DNA from: a virus
Taxonomy: Duplodnaviria; Caudoviricetes
IMG/VR virus record: IMGVR_UViG_3300033075_000275
Location: 15,873-79,872 of that record
DNA: 64,000 bases
Strand: one strand, 5' to 3'
This document shows, piece by piece, positions 45,704-53,055 of the stretch (the first letter of the stretch is position 1; the number at the start of each line of letters is the position of its first letter). Under the pieces are notes generated by a model. That model saw only the letters and a list, made by a program, of their open reading frames with translations. It was not told where the DNA came from and ran no database searches. The position numbers and the translations under genes were made by a program.

Positions 45704-45729
45704 ACATAGCCGCCCGAATCTGCTAGACT
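45701..45729 (+). promoter_or_regulatory. Promoter TAGACA-17-TAGACT
   Basis: Directly upstream of DUF932 gene. Confidence 0.65.
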
Positions 45730-45760
45730 TGCATCACAAGCCAATCAAGGAAGGAACAAC

Positions 45761-46768
45761 ATGCCTGCTGCTGTCGAAACCTCCGGTCGCCTCGCGGCCT
45801 TTGCTTCCCGTGAGGTGCCCGCGTGGCACGCGCTGGGAACTGTCTTTGAGGGTAACCTCAACACTCAGGAAATGCTCGCTCTCGCTCACCTGAATGGATG
45901 GAACGTTCGGCTCGTCCCGTTTGAGGCTGTCCTCGACTTCGACACCTATGCCAAGCCGCAGTTTCTCGTCGTCCGCGATAACCCGTTCGGTGACGGCCAG
46001 GGCGTTCTCGGCACGGTCGGCTCCCGCTACAATGTCGTGCAGAACGAACAACTGTTCGACTTCGGTGACCTCATCCTCGATGGTGGTGGCCGCTGGGAGA
46101 CTGCCGGGTCCATCAAGGGCGGAACCCAGGTGTTCGGCTCTCTCGCCTTCGATGAAAAGACCATCACGCTCGACCCCGATGGTCGCTCTGACGAGGTAAA
46201 GACGTTCCTCCTGGTCGTGACCGGCCACGACGGCTCATGTGCCGTTACTGCTATCGTGACTCCTGTTCGTGTCGTGTGCGCGAACACGCTGGCCGTTGCC
46301 CTCGGTGGGGCCAAGTCTAAGTTCACGATTCGTCACACTTCCACGGTCGATGGCAAGATCGCTGCCGCTCGTAAGGCGCTCGGTGTGACCTTCGGTTACA
46401 TGGACGCTTTCCAGGCAGAGGCTCAGGCCATGATCGAGAAGGAAATCACTAAGGCCACCTTCGATGACCTTGTGACCTCTCTCTACCCGATGCCCGAGAA
46501 GGACGCCAAGGGATCGGTGAAGAAGTGGACGACCAAGATCGACCAGATCGAGGCAATTTATCTCGGTCAGGCTGACGGTCCCGACACGACCTCCGCCATT
46601 CGCGGAACGGTTTGGGGCGCGTACAATGCCCTTACCGAAAATCTGGACTGGTACGGTAAGATTCGGGCGGGTAACGTCGAATCCCTTACCCTTGGTGCTG
46701 CTGGTCTGGATATCGCTAAGGCTGCTGAGAAGGAGCGGATTCACTCCCGCGTCCTGGCTCTGCTCTGA
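45761..46768 (+). CDS. DUF932-family phage/plasmid protein
   Basis: AWHALG, LGTVGSRY.VVQN, ETAGS..GG..VF, GHDGS..V, TPVRVVCANTL, RHT, GT.WGAYNALTE.LD. Confidence 0.85.
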   Translation: MPAAVETSGRLAAFASREVPAWHALGTVFEGNLNTQEMLALAHLNGWNVRLVPFEAVLDFDTYAKPQFLVVRDNPFGDGQGVLGTVGSRYNVVQNEQLFDFGDLILDGGGRWETAGSIKGGTQVFGSLAFDEKTITLDPDGRSDEVKTFLLVVTGHDGSCAVTAIVTPVRVVCANTLAVALGGAKSKFTIRHTSTVDGKIAAARKALGVTFGYMDAFQAEAQAMIEKEITKATFDDLVTSLYPMPEKDAKGSVKKWTTKIDQIEAIYLGQADGPDTTSAIRGTVWGAYNALTENLDWYGKIRAGNVESLTLGAAGLDIAKAAEKERIHSRVLALL

Positions 46769-46835
46769 CATTCCATCCTGGGCATGATGTAAAACTGCCT
46801 CCACACTTTGTACCATTCAGCATCCACATAATGTA

Positions 46836-46963
46836 CCGCGATTACTGAGAGTAATTGCGGGCGCCCGGCCTAGGCCGGGCTGTCAAGTCCTATTACGATA
46901 GATTACGAAAATCACTGAAATTCGCAGAAAATCCTTGACACGCTGGCCTGTAGGGTGTACCCT
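46836..46963 (+). repeat. Regulatory cassette copy 10 (inverted hairpin-1 loop, duplicated TTACGA)
   Basis: CCGCGATTAC-TGAGA-GTAATTGCGG, core 46858, TTGACA-17-TACCCT. Confidence 0.92.
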
Positions 46964-47004
46964 AGGGGTAGTCAATGAGATGAAACCGACGGACTACAAG
47001 AAGG

Positions 47005-47235
47005 ATGGCTGACTGTATGACATTTCGTATTGACACCGCTAAGTTTGGTGACATGCTGCCCAACGGAGCCACCTTCATCGGTAGCCGGTGCAGGGCTAAG
47101 GGCGAGTGGATCGTCCTTGCCAACTATCGGGGAGAGTTTGTAACCTGGGCTTCTACCGTCAACGGTGAAACTTTTTGGGGTAGGTACTTCCAAACCCACA
47201 TCGTTGACGCCGTTTCCGATTTTCAGACGCGGTAA
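47005..47235 (+). CDS. Hypothetical protein
   Basis: LPNGA...EFVTW...G.TFWGRYF motif. Confidence 0.65.
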   Translation: MADCMTFRIDTAKFGDMLPNGATFIGSRCRAKGEWIVLANYRGEFVTWASTVNGETFWGRYFQTHIVDAVSDFQTR

Positions 47236-47265
47236 AGATAGTCCGAAGTGACTAGGCCAAAACCC

Positions 47266-47294
47266 TAGACAACCCCCCACCAAGCGTGTATCAT
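47266..47294 (+). promoter_or_regulatory. Promoter TAGACA-17-TATCAT
   Basis: Upstream of Lsr2-like operon. Confidence 0.7.
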
Positions 47295-47337
47295 AGTACA
47301 CATAAGAGCAAGACCCACCACCATAGTAGGAGGAACA

Positions 47338-47586
47338 ATGGCCACCACGGTCAAGCCCACCCCGTCCCTCGTCCGCGCGTTCGCTGCGGCTGCCAAGGAT
47401 CAGGGCCTCGCTCCTGACGACCTGGCTGTCCACCAGCGCGGCAAGGTTTCCAAGGCGGAGGTCATCTTCTACCTCCACCAGCACCCCGCGACTACGCGCG
47501 AACTTGCTACCGGCCTTGGCCTGGAAATCGGCAAGCGCGGCGTGATCGCTGAGTCCGTTTTCGCTGCCGTTGCCGACTCTCTCTGA
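47338..47586 (+). CDS. Protein with two degenerate Lsr2 DNA-binding repeats
   Basis: VRAFA...GL...QRGKVS and TRELA..LGLEIGKRGVIA; AGGAGG RBS. Confidence 0.6.
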   Translation: MATTVKPTPSLVRAFAAAAKDQGLAPDDLAVHQRGKVSKAEVIFYLHQHPATTRELATGLGLEIGKRGVIAESVFAAVADSL

Positions 47587-47615
47587 GGGTTGGCACGGCC
47601 CAACCCGATTGGAGA

Positions 47616-48140
47616 ATGATGGCAACTAAGAGAGAGTGGCTAGCGGCTCAGGGCCTAGCAAAGCCCGGCACCCGTGGCCGATTCGGTAAGGCAGCGCATG
47701 AGGCTCTAGAGCAGGCAGAAAAGGACGGCATCGTTTTCGATGACCCGACTCCCAAGCCTGCTAAGGAGGTGGCGACGGAGGGAGCGGAGGCTCCCTCCAA
47801 GCCTAGTCGGCCCACGTCTGAGAACGCAGAAATTAGGGCGTGGGCCAGGGATAACGGATTTACTATCGGTGAGCGCGGCAGAATCTCGGCAGAAATTCTA
47901 GCCGCCTACCATGGTGATCCTATTCCAGATAATGACTATGTACCACCGCCACCCCAGGTCCGGGTCCGCCCGGCGCGGGTGATGTACGGATTCGACAATG
48001 ACGGACATAAGATCGGGTTTGCTACCTGTGGACGATGCGCAGAACACATCTCGTACTGCGAGTGTTCAGAGGGAATCAAGACACCTTTCGGCGTGAACGC
48101 TATTGACGAGTCCCTTACGGAGTGGTACACTTCCGTATGA
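47616..48140 (+). CDS. Lsr2-like protein: two RGR AT-hook domains plus Cys cluster
   Basis: KREWL..QGL..PGTRGRFG; AEIRAWARDNGFTIGERGRISAEILAAY; CGRC....CEC. Confidence 0.8.
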   Translation: MMATKREWLAAQGLAKPGTRGRFGKAAHEALEQAEKDGIVFDDPTPKPAKEVATEGAEAPSKPSRPTSENAEIRAWARDNGFTIGERGRISAEILAAYHGDPIPDNDYVPPPPQVRVRPARVMYGFDNDGHKIGFATCGRCAEHISYCECSEGIKTPFGVNAIDESLTEWYTSV

Positions 48141-48153
48141 CGAAGGGAGTCTA

Positions 48154-48435
48154 ATGGCACAGGCACCGGAAGCCAGGGCCGCAAAGTCATTCGCCAACTA
48201 TGCGTGTGACAGTCGATTCGTCCCGGCTCTATTCGGCCAGGTCGTAACGCAAATGACGGTCGTTGAGCAGGAACGCATGGTCGCGGCACTGCTAGGCATT
48301 ACTCAAATGCTGGCGATCAACTACAGTTATGGGGCATTCACGACGGAGCAGGAACGATTGCTATACAAACTCTGTGCTGATATCTGGCGAGTCGCTGAAT
48401 CTTCCTACTTGACAATCCCACCCGATCTGCTTTAG
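48154..48435 (+). CDS. Hypothetical protein
   Basis: 93 aa, GGGAG RBS. Confidence 0.65.
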   Translation: MAQAPEARAAKSFANYACDSRFVPALFGQVVTQMTVVEQERMVAALLGITQMLAINYSYGAFTTEQERLLYKLCADIWRVAESSYLTIPPDLL

Positions 48436-48448
48436 AATGGAGTACGGA

Positions 48449-48658
48449 ATGCTAAAGACGCTGGAAGCCTGGAATACCAAGGCCGGACGAACCGTGCGCG
48501 TTGTGGTTCGTGATGAGGCTGGACGTTTCCTGGGCGTCACTAACAAGGCCACCGCCTTTGGTCTGGAAGTGTGGGACACCGCATCAGGACCGAAGGTGAA
48601 GGTTACCGCCCGTGAGGGTGGTAAGTTCCTGGGCGCAACAAACGTCGCCCTGTCCTAA
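48449..48658 (+). CDS. Two-repeat protein of the VVR..GRF.G.TN family
   Basis: AWNTKAGRTVRVVVRDEAGRFLGVTN and VWDTASGPKVKVTAREGGKFLGATN. Confidence 0.7.
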   Translation: MLKTLEAWNTKAGRTVRVVVRDEAGRFLGVTNKATAFGLEVWDTASGPKVKVTAREGGKFLGATNVALS

Positions 48659-48661
48659 GTA

Positions 48662-48750
48662 GGGAAGCGGGATCGGCTACTAAGGCATACCTTGGTCGGG
48701 GAGTCTTGCCGAGTCGAATATCCAAGAGAGAAATCCTCCCGCTCTTTCCC
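48662..48750 (+). ncRNA. Nested stem-loop element after last early gene (strand uncertain)
   Basis: GGGAAGCGGGA/TCCCGCT..TCCC, TCGGC/GCCGA, CTAAGG-CATA-CCTTGG. Confidence 0.45.
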
Positions 48751-48787
48751 CCGCCCCCTGTCTATCTAGAGCCTCATTATATCCAGC

Positions 48788-48817
48788 CTTGACAGCCCGG
48801 GCGAGGCCGGGCGCCCG
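48788..48817 (-). repeat. Inverted cassette core
   Basis: Reverse complement CGGGCGCCCGGCCTCGCCCGGGCTGTCAAG; minus-strand TATAAT at 48776-48781. Confidence 0.9.
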
Positions 48818-48836
48818 TTTATCATATTATATCCCA

Positions 48837-49300
48837 TATGTCCGTTTACGATTGCTTTTACGATGGGCATAAATTTTCGCCTGAAATGTCCGTTTGTTTG
48901 TTCTATTACGATTGGTGCCTTTAAACCCCTGAAATTATGCTAAAGTGGAGGGAAACCTTTATCAACACTTGGCTAAAAACCATACCAAGTGGAGGGAAAG
49001 TATCAGATTTAGGCTATTCTGAGGGTCTAAGTGGAGAGTTATTGAATATTGATATGGTCTGTGCGCGGGGTTTTCGGCCCCGCGCACTGTCGTTTTGTGC
49101 CTCAGTTCGTCAATATTTACATAATTGAGGCGGGATTTGCCCTATAATCCCCCCTCATACACCCTATATACAGTAGTAGAAGCATAGTAGCACCTTGTAT
49201 CTGTTGTACAAATTGTACAAAATTTGCTGAAAACATGTACATATTGTGCAGAATTTGCTGTATATGCCCTCAAAATGCATAAAAAATAGACATTACGATG
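48837..49300. repeat. AT-rich non-coding array
   Basis: TTACGAT at 48846, 48858, 48906, 49293; AAGTGGAG at 48943, 48987, 49029; TGTACA at 49205, 49214, 49236. Confidence 0.8.
49061..49087. terminator. Perfect 10-bp GC hairpin between convergent gene blocks
   Basis: GTGCGCGGGG-TTTTCGG-CCCCGCGCAC. Confidence 0.7.
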
Positions 49301-49383
49301 GTCAATTTAGGTAATTTTATATCACATAAAGAATCTTTTACTTAACGAAGGTAAGTTACCCCTGTTATCTTATTATCTTTTCG

Positions 49384-50025
49384 TTACTCTCTGTTACTTT
49401 GGGCATAGTTTTGACCCACCGCCGCCGACCATTGCATATACTTGAATGGTTTGTTTACTCCTATATTATGATGGGATGATGCTTCAAGACCCCGCTCCGG
49501 CTTTTCTACTACGGGGCTATGATACATAGCACCCAAGGCATACGCCCGGCCCACTCCGATAGCAGCATGATCAGTGTATACGAACACACTGTAGTCTGAC
49601 TGTATCTCTACTATGAATGGACCGAAGCCTATCAGTATCTCAAAGTCTGTTTCTGTATAGTTATGCTCGCCATGCACCCGCCTCAATTCATGCACAAAGT
49701 ATTGTACGAAGAATGATTCTACTTCATCGGTGGAAGGCATATCAAGTACGTGCGTCTTTGGTAGTTCAATCCCGCCCCGCCTGGCAGATTTCTTCGGCAG
49801 ATTTTCCATGAATTTGTTTTCCCAGGGATTTTTAGGCAGATTTTCATAGTATCGCAAAATTTGTGCCTGTCGGAAACTGCCAGCATAACCTATTAGATAT
49901 CCGTCTCTGGCAAAAAGTTTTCTATTCTGTGGTTTGGTGATTTCCCAGGTCGTCATATCTACTACAATGGAGTCCGCCCCCATGTAGGTGTCGTGGCCGT
50001 CAGTGGCGGCAACTATACACGTCAA
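49384..50025 (-). CDS. Ntn-hydrolase (HslV/proteasome-beta-like) protein
   Basis: MTCIV..MGADS, KLF, IGYAGS, AIGVG.AYALGAM. Confidence 0.7.
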   Translation of the reverse strand: MTCIVAATDGHDTYMGADSIVVDMTTWEITKPQNRKLFARDGYLIGYAGSFRQAQILRYYENLPKNPWENKFMENLPKKSARRGGIELPKTHVLDMPSTDEVESFFVQYFVHELRRVHGEHNYTETDFEILIGFGPFIVEIQSDYSVFVYTDHAAIGVGRAYALGAMYHSPVVEKPERGLEASSHHNIGVNKPFKYMQWSAAVGQNYAQSNRE

Positions 50026-50420
50026 TTTAGTTCATCAATTACGTCAAGCGTTCTCAGCAGGGCACGCCGCGCGCCCCATCTTGTCAACCCGAAGGCAATT
50101 GTAGGCCTGCCATAATCATCGCGCACGTATGCGATATAGCGACCATTCAGTCGCCAATACTTAATATCTATCATCATCGTCCTTCATCATTGATCCTATA
50201 ATAAAGCCAGGGCCTATTGATACAAGGAACCAGCCCGCCCATATTAATAACAGTGTAGTCATGCTCCTATGGTACCACGGATTCAGTCTGAGTCTGTCTT
50301 ATCAAAAGCAATAGACCTAATGTTAGACCAGTCGAATTCTAGGACGGCGGCGGAGGAAATGAATTCAAGCAATGATGCTTCCTCATCACCCTTGAAGTGT
50401 ATTGTTATAGTGACCATTGT

Positions 50421-50993
50421 TTATTTCCTTATTGTTTCTGGCTGGGCCAGTGGCTCGGGCGGCTTTCTTTCGATATAGTCAAACTTAGGCTCGGGCACTA
50501 TCATCGTCGTCGGTGGCTCTACTCGCTTAGCAGCCATATGCTGACCACCACGTTTGACAGGTATTGAGGGAAGTTCTTTCCAAGTCCTATGCTTTTCTAA
50601 AGAATCCGAAGGGTCAGGTATGATCCCAAGTTCAATTTCCAACCGCCGGATATCTTCCTGCAAGTCTAGGTCATCAGTATCATACACAATCTTTTGCTTT
50701 TTTCTGGCAGAAATTATCACAGCCAGTACAGGTACATAGATTGGGATTAGCCAGATCAGCAACGGCGCGCCAAGGAGCAATGCGAATGGAAGAAATGCCG
50801 TAACCCATATGCTAGCAAAGATTTTAAACCCACGCTCATTGAAAAAGTCATCATCCTCTAAAATTATTAGATATATCTGTCGCAGGATAAACAGAAAAGT
50901 AAAGAACCCGACGATACATGTCATCAATATATATAAAGTGGGGGTAGCCATGTACTTCCATGTCATAAAATTTTTGAAAATATCAAACATCAT
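50421..50993 (-). CDS. Membrane protein
   Basis: Two to three hydrophobic segments, Pro-rich tail; AT-rich. Confidence 0.65.
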   Translation of the reverse strand: MMFDIFKNFMTWKYMATPTLYILMTCIVGFFTFLFILRQIYLIILEDDDFFNERGFKIFASIWVTAFLPFALLLGAPLLIWLIPIYVPVLAVIISARKKQKIVYDTDDLDLQEDIRRLEIELGIIPDPSDSLEKHRTWKELPSIPVKRGGQHMAAKRVEPPTTMIVPEPKFDYIERKPPEPLAQPETIRK

Positions 50994-50999
50994 TACTCC

Positions 51000-51488
51000 T
51001 CAATAGTGGTGCGGATGGCAGATGTGCTCAACGACCACGGCATTCCCGTCCGCCTCATCGCACAGCGCACGCACCCGGTCGAGCGCAGCCCGCGCCTCGT
51101 CCCGCTCGGCTTCGGCTCTGGTAGCGCGTTCGGAATGGTTGCGCGACAGGTCGAGCAGGCGGTCGTATTCCTCGTACTTCCTGCGGATCGCCTGCCGCAG
51201 TTGCTCTGTTTCGGCTTCGGCCTTTACGGCGCGGCGAAGTGCCTCGTCCCGCTCAGCCCACGCCTCACGCAGCGCAGCGAGGAGAGCAGGAATGTCGGCA
51301 CGGGCGGCGGCGATGAACTCGGCGTCGGCTGGGTTCGACCACGCCCGAACGAGCATGAAGCCGCTGTACGGTGACGGTGCGCGGAACTCGCCCTTCTCGC
51401 CCCGGCGGTCGGTGGAGTCGTCGAAGGCCCACGGCCCCGGCGTTGCGGCAGCGCACCGCACTTCGATGGCGTCGAGGTCCGGTGTCAC
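51000..51488 (-). CDS. GC-island gene: LDAIE.R...TPGPW...DAEFIAAAR domain plus coiled coil
   Basis: GTG start in GTGA overlap; probable frameshift near 3' end. Confidence 0.7.
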   Translation of the reverse strand: MTPDLDAIEVRCAAATPGPWAFDDSTDRRGEKGEFRAPSPYSGFMLVRAWSNPADAEFIAAARADIPALLAALREAWAERDEALRRAVKAEAETEQLRQAIRRKYEEYDRLLDLSRNHSERATRAEAERDEARAALDRVRALCDEADGNAVVVEHICHPHHY

Positions 51489-51658
51489 GACGCCTCCCCG
51501 TCAATGGCGGACATGGACTGTTGGTAGGTCGACGTCATCCCGGCCCGCACGAACACGGTGAGCCGCGCCCGGTACTCGCGGGTCAGCAGGACCCGGCACA
51601 GGGCGTTGACGATGCGGACGCCTACGCGATCGCGCAGCGTCGGGGCGTAGGCGCTCAC
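51485..51658 (-). CDS. GC-island gene ending AIDGEAS
   Basis: VSAYAPTLRDRVG...; GTGA overlaps. Confidence 0.55.
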   Translation of the reverse strand: MSAYAPTLRDRVGVRIVNALCRVLLTREYRARLTVFVRAGMTSTYQQSMSAIDGEAS

Positions 51659-52080
51659 CGCGGCACCCGGCCCAGGTACGTGGACCACGCCTGGTCGGGC
51701 TCGATGATGACGAAGTCGTCCTCGTAGTCGCTCCACCGCTCGTAGCGCACGGCACGCTCTGCCACCTCTGCGTCGGTCCAGACGCGGGGATGTCCGTCGA
51801 CGCCGCCCATGACCTCGTCCAGGTCGTCGTCGCGGATGTCGACGTCGGCGAACACGCCCTCCCAGTCGTCGTCGCCGCGGAGGCTGGTGACCGAGACGGC
51901 GTTGCCGCTCGACCCGAACGTCATCCAGTACCCGTCGGAGAACCGACGCTTGACCTTCGTGACGTACAGCCCGCAGATACCGGGGACGGCGAGCACCAGC
52001 ACCGGGTTGCACAGTTGGTCGCAGGACCGGTGAAGGGGAGCCTGCCAGTAGCCCCACAGCCAACGGAACTGGAACCTCAC
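51655..52080 (-). CDS. GC-island acidic hypothetical protein
   Basis: 141 aa, GTGA overlaps. Confidence 0.55.
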   Translation of the reverse strand: MRFQFRWLWGYWQAPLHRSCDQLCNPVLVLAVPGICGLYVTKVKRRFSDGYWMTFGSSGNAVSVTSLRGDDDWEGVFADVDIRDDDLDEVMGGVDGHPRVWTDAEVAERAVRYERWSDYEDDFVIIEPDQAWSTYLGRVPR

Positions 52081-52313
52081 GACGCCTCCCCGTCGATGGC
52101 GGCGTAGAGCCGATTCTGGATGTCGTCCCCGATGGCGTGGCAGAATCTACCCGCCGTCAGTATCGGGTCGTGGGTGTAGTCAAACGCGGCCCGCTTCCAC
52201 AGTTCGTAGTCGGCCATACCACGCAGCACGGCGACTACCTGATCTTCCGACAGCCCGGCTTCACGGACGGCCTGCGAGGACATGATCCGATCAGCCAGCC
52301 AGTGCTCGCTCAT
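52077..52313 (-). CDS. GC-island gene ending AAIDGEAS
   Basis: MSEHWLADRIM... Confidence 0.65.
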   Translation of the reverse strand: MSEHWLADRIMSSQAVREAGLSEDQVVAVLRGMADYELWKRAAFDYTHDPILTAGRFCHAIGDDIQNRLYAAIDGEAS

Positions 52314-52699
52314 AACTCCCCCTCGATGGCGGCACGCAGGTAGTCGTCCGCGTCGCGGTCCCACTGCGCCCATGTCTCGTCCCCGCCGGGGGCACGCTCC
52401 CCGTTGATCCGAAGATGAAGCGCGTATCGGATCAGGCGGTTGGCCCGGTCGAGCGCGGCACGCAAGTAGCGGGCGTCGCCGGAGGCGATGGAGGCGCGGG
52501 TGAACAGGTCGTCTCGCTCGGCCTCGACCTCGTCCAGCGCGTCCGTCAGAAGGGTTACTGCGTCCACTAACCGCACGAAGTGACACGGCCACGGCTCGGC
52601 ATGTACGCCGCAGGTGTAGCCCTCTGCGCGGCAGGCAGGCCAGTGGCGCATCTGCTCCTCGCTCAGCGCGTCGTTGGCGAGCGCCCGTACGTCCTCCAT
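52310..52699 (-). CDS. GC-island gene ending RAAIEGEL
   Basis: MEDVRALAND...C...C..H..PWPC...ALDRA. Confidence 0.65.
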   Translation of the reverse strand: MEDVRALANDALSEEQMRHWPACRAEGYTCGVHAEPWPCHFVRLVDAVTLLTDALDEVEAERDDLFTRASIASGDARYLRAALDRANRLIRYALHLRINGERAPGGDETWAQWDRDADDYLRAAIEGEL

Positions 52700-53055
52700 C
52701 ACTCCTCCGTCCCGTCGATGGCGGCGCGGAGTTCGCCCGCTCCGATCATCGGAGAGCGGCGGTACAGCAAGGCCCGCACCCGGTCGAGTGCGACTTCGGC
52801 AGCCTGCGCTCGCGAACAGCACTCATGGACGACGGACGTGAAGATGCCGTCCACCTCGCCGCGCCGCATCCGTTCGACTTCGGCCTCGGCCTCATCGGTC
52901 GCACGCTGCTGGACGTACAGGTCGGCGGCGAGGCGCTCCACCTCGGCCCACGCCTCACGCAGCGCAGCGACGAGGCCGGGCACCTCATACCCCATGAAGA
53001 GGGGGCCGTAGTCGGCTACGTTGCGTTCGATGGCGTCCAGTTCCTTATCATCCAT
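52699..53055 (-). CDS. GC-island gene ending RAAIDGTEE
   Basis: MDDKELDAIER...LVAALREAWAE...ALDRVRAL. Confidence 0.7.
   Translation of the reverse strand: MDDKELDAIERNVADYGPLFMGYEVPGLVAALREAWAEVERLAADLYVQQRATDEAEAEVERMRRGEVDGIFTSVVHECCSRAQAAEVALDRVRALLYRRSPMIGAGELRAAIDGTEE

Noticed and set aside
38547-46963. Cassette repeats as a CRISPR array
   Set aside because: Intervals are 0.36-1.4 kb and contain genes, repeats include promoters, and no cas genes are present
43353-47625. Long minus-strand ORFs 43353-44231, 45734-46228, 46235-46816, 46972-47625
   Set aside because: Shadows of GC3-rich plus-strand genes that have promoters, RBSs and family motifs
51022-53011. Overlapping alternative-frame ORFs in the GC island
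   Set aside because: High GC suppresses stops; the coupled GTGA/ATGA chain on the minus strand explains the region
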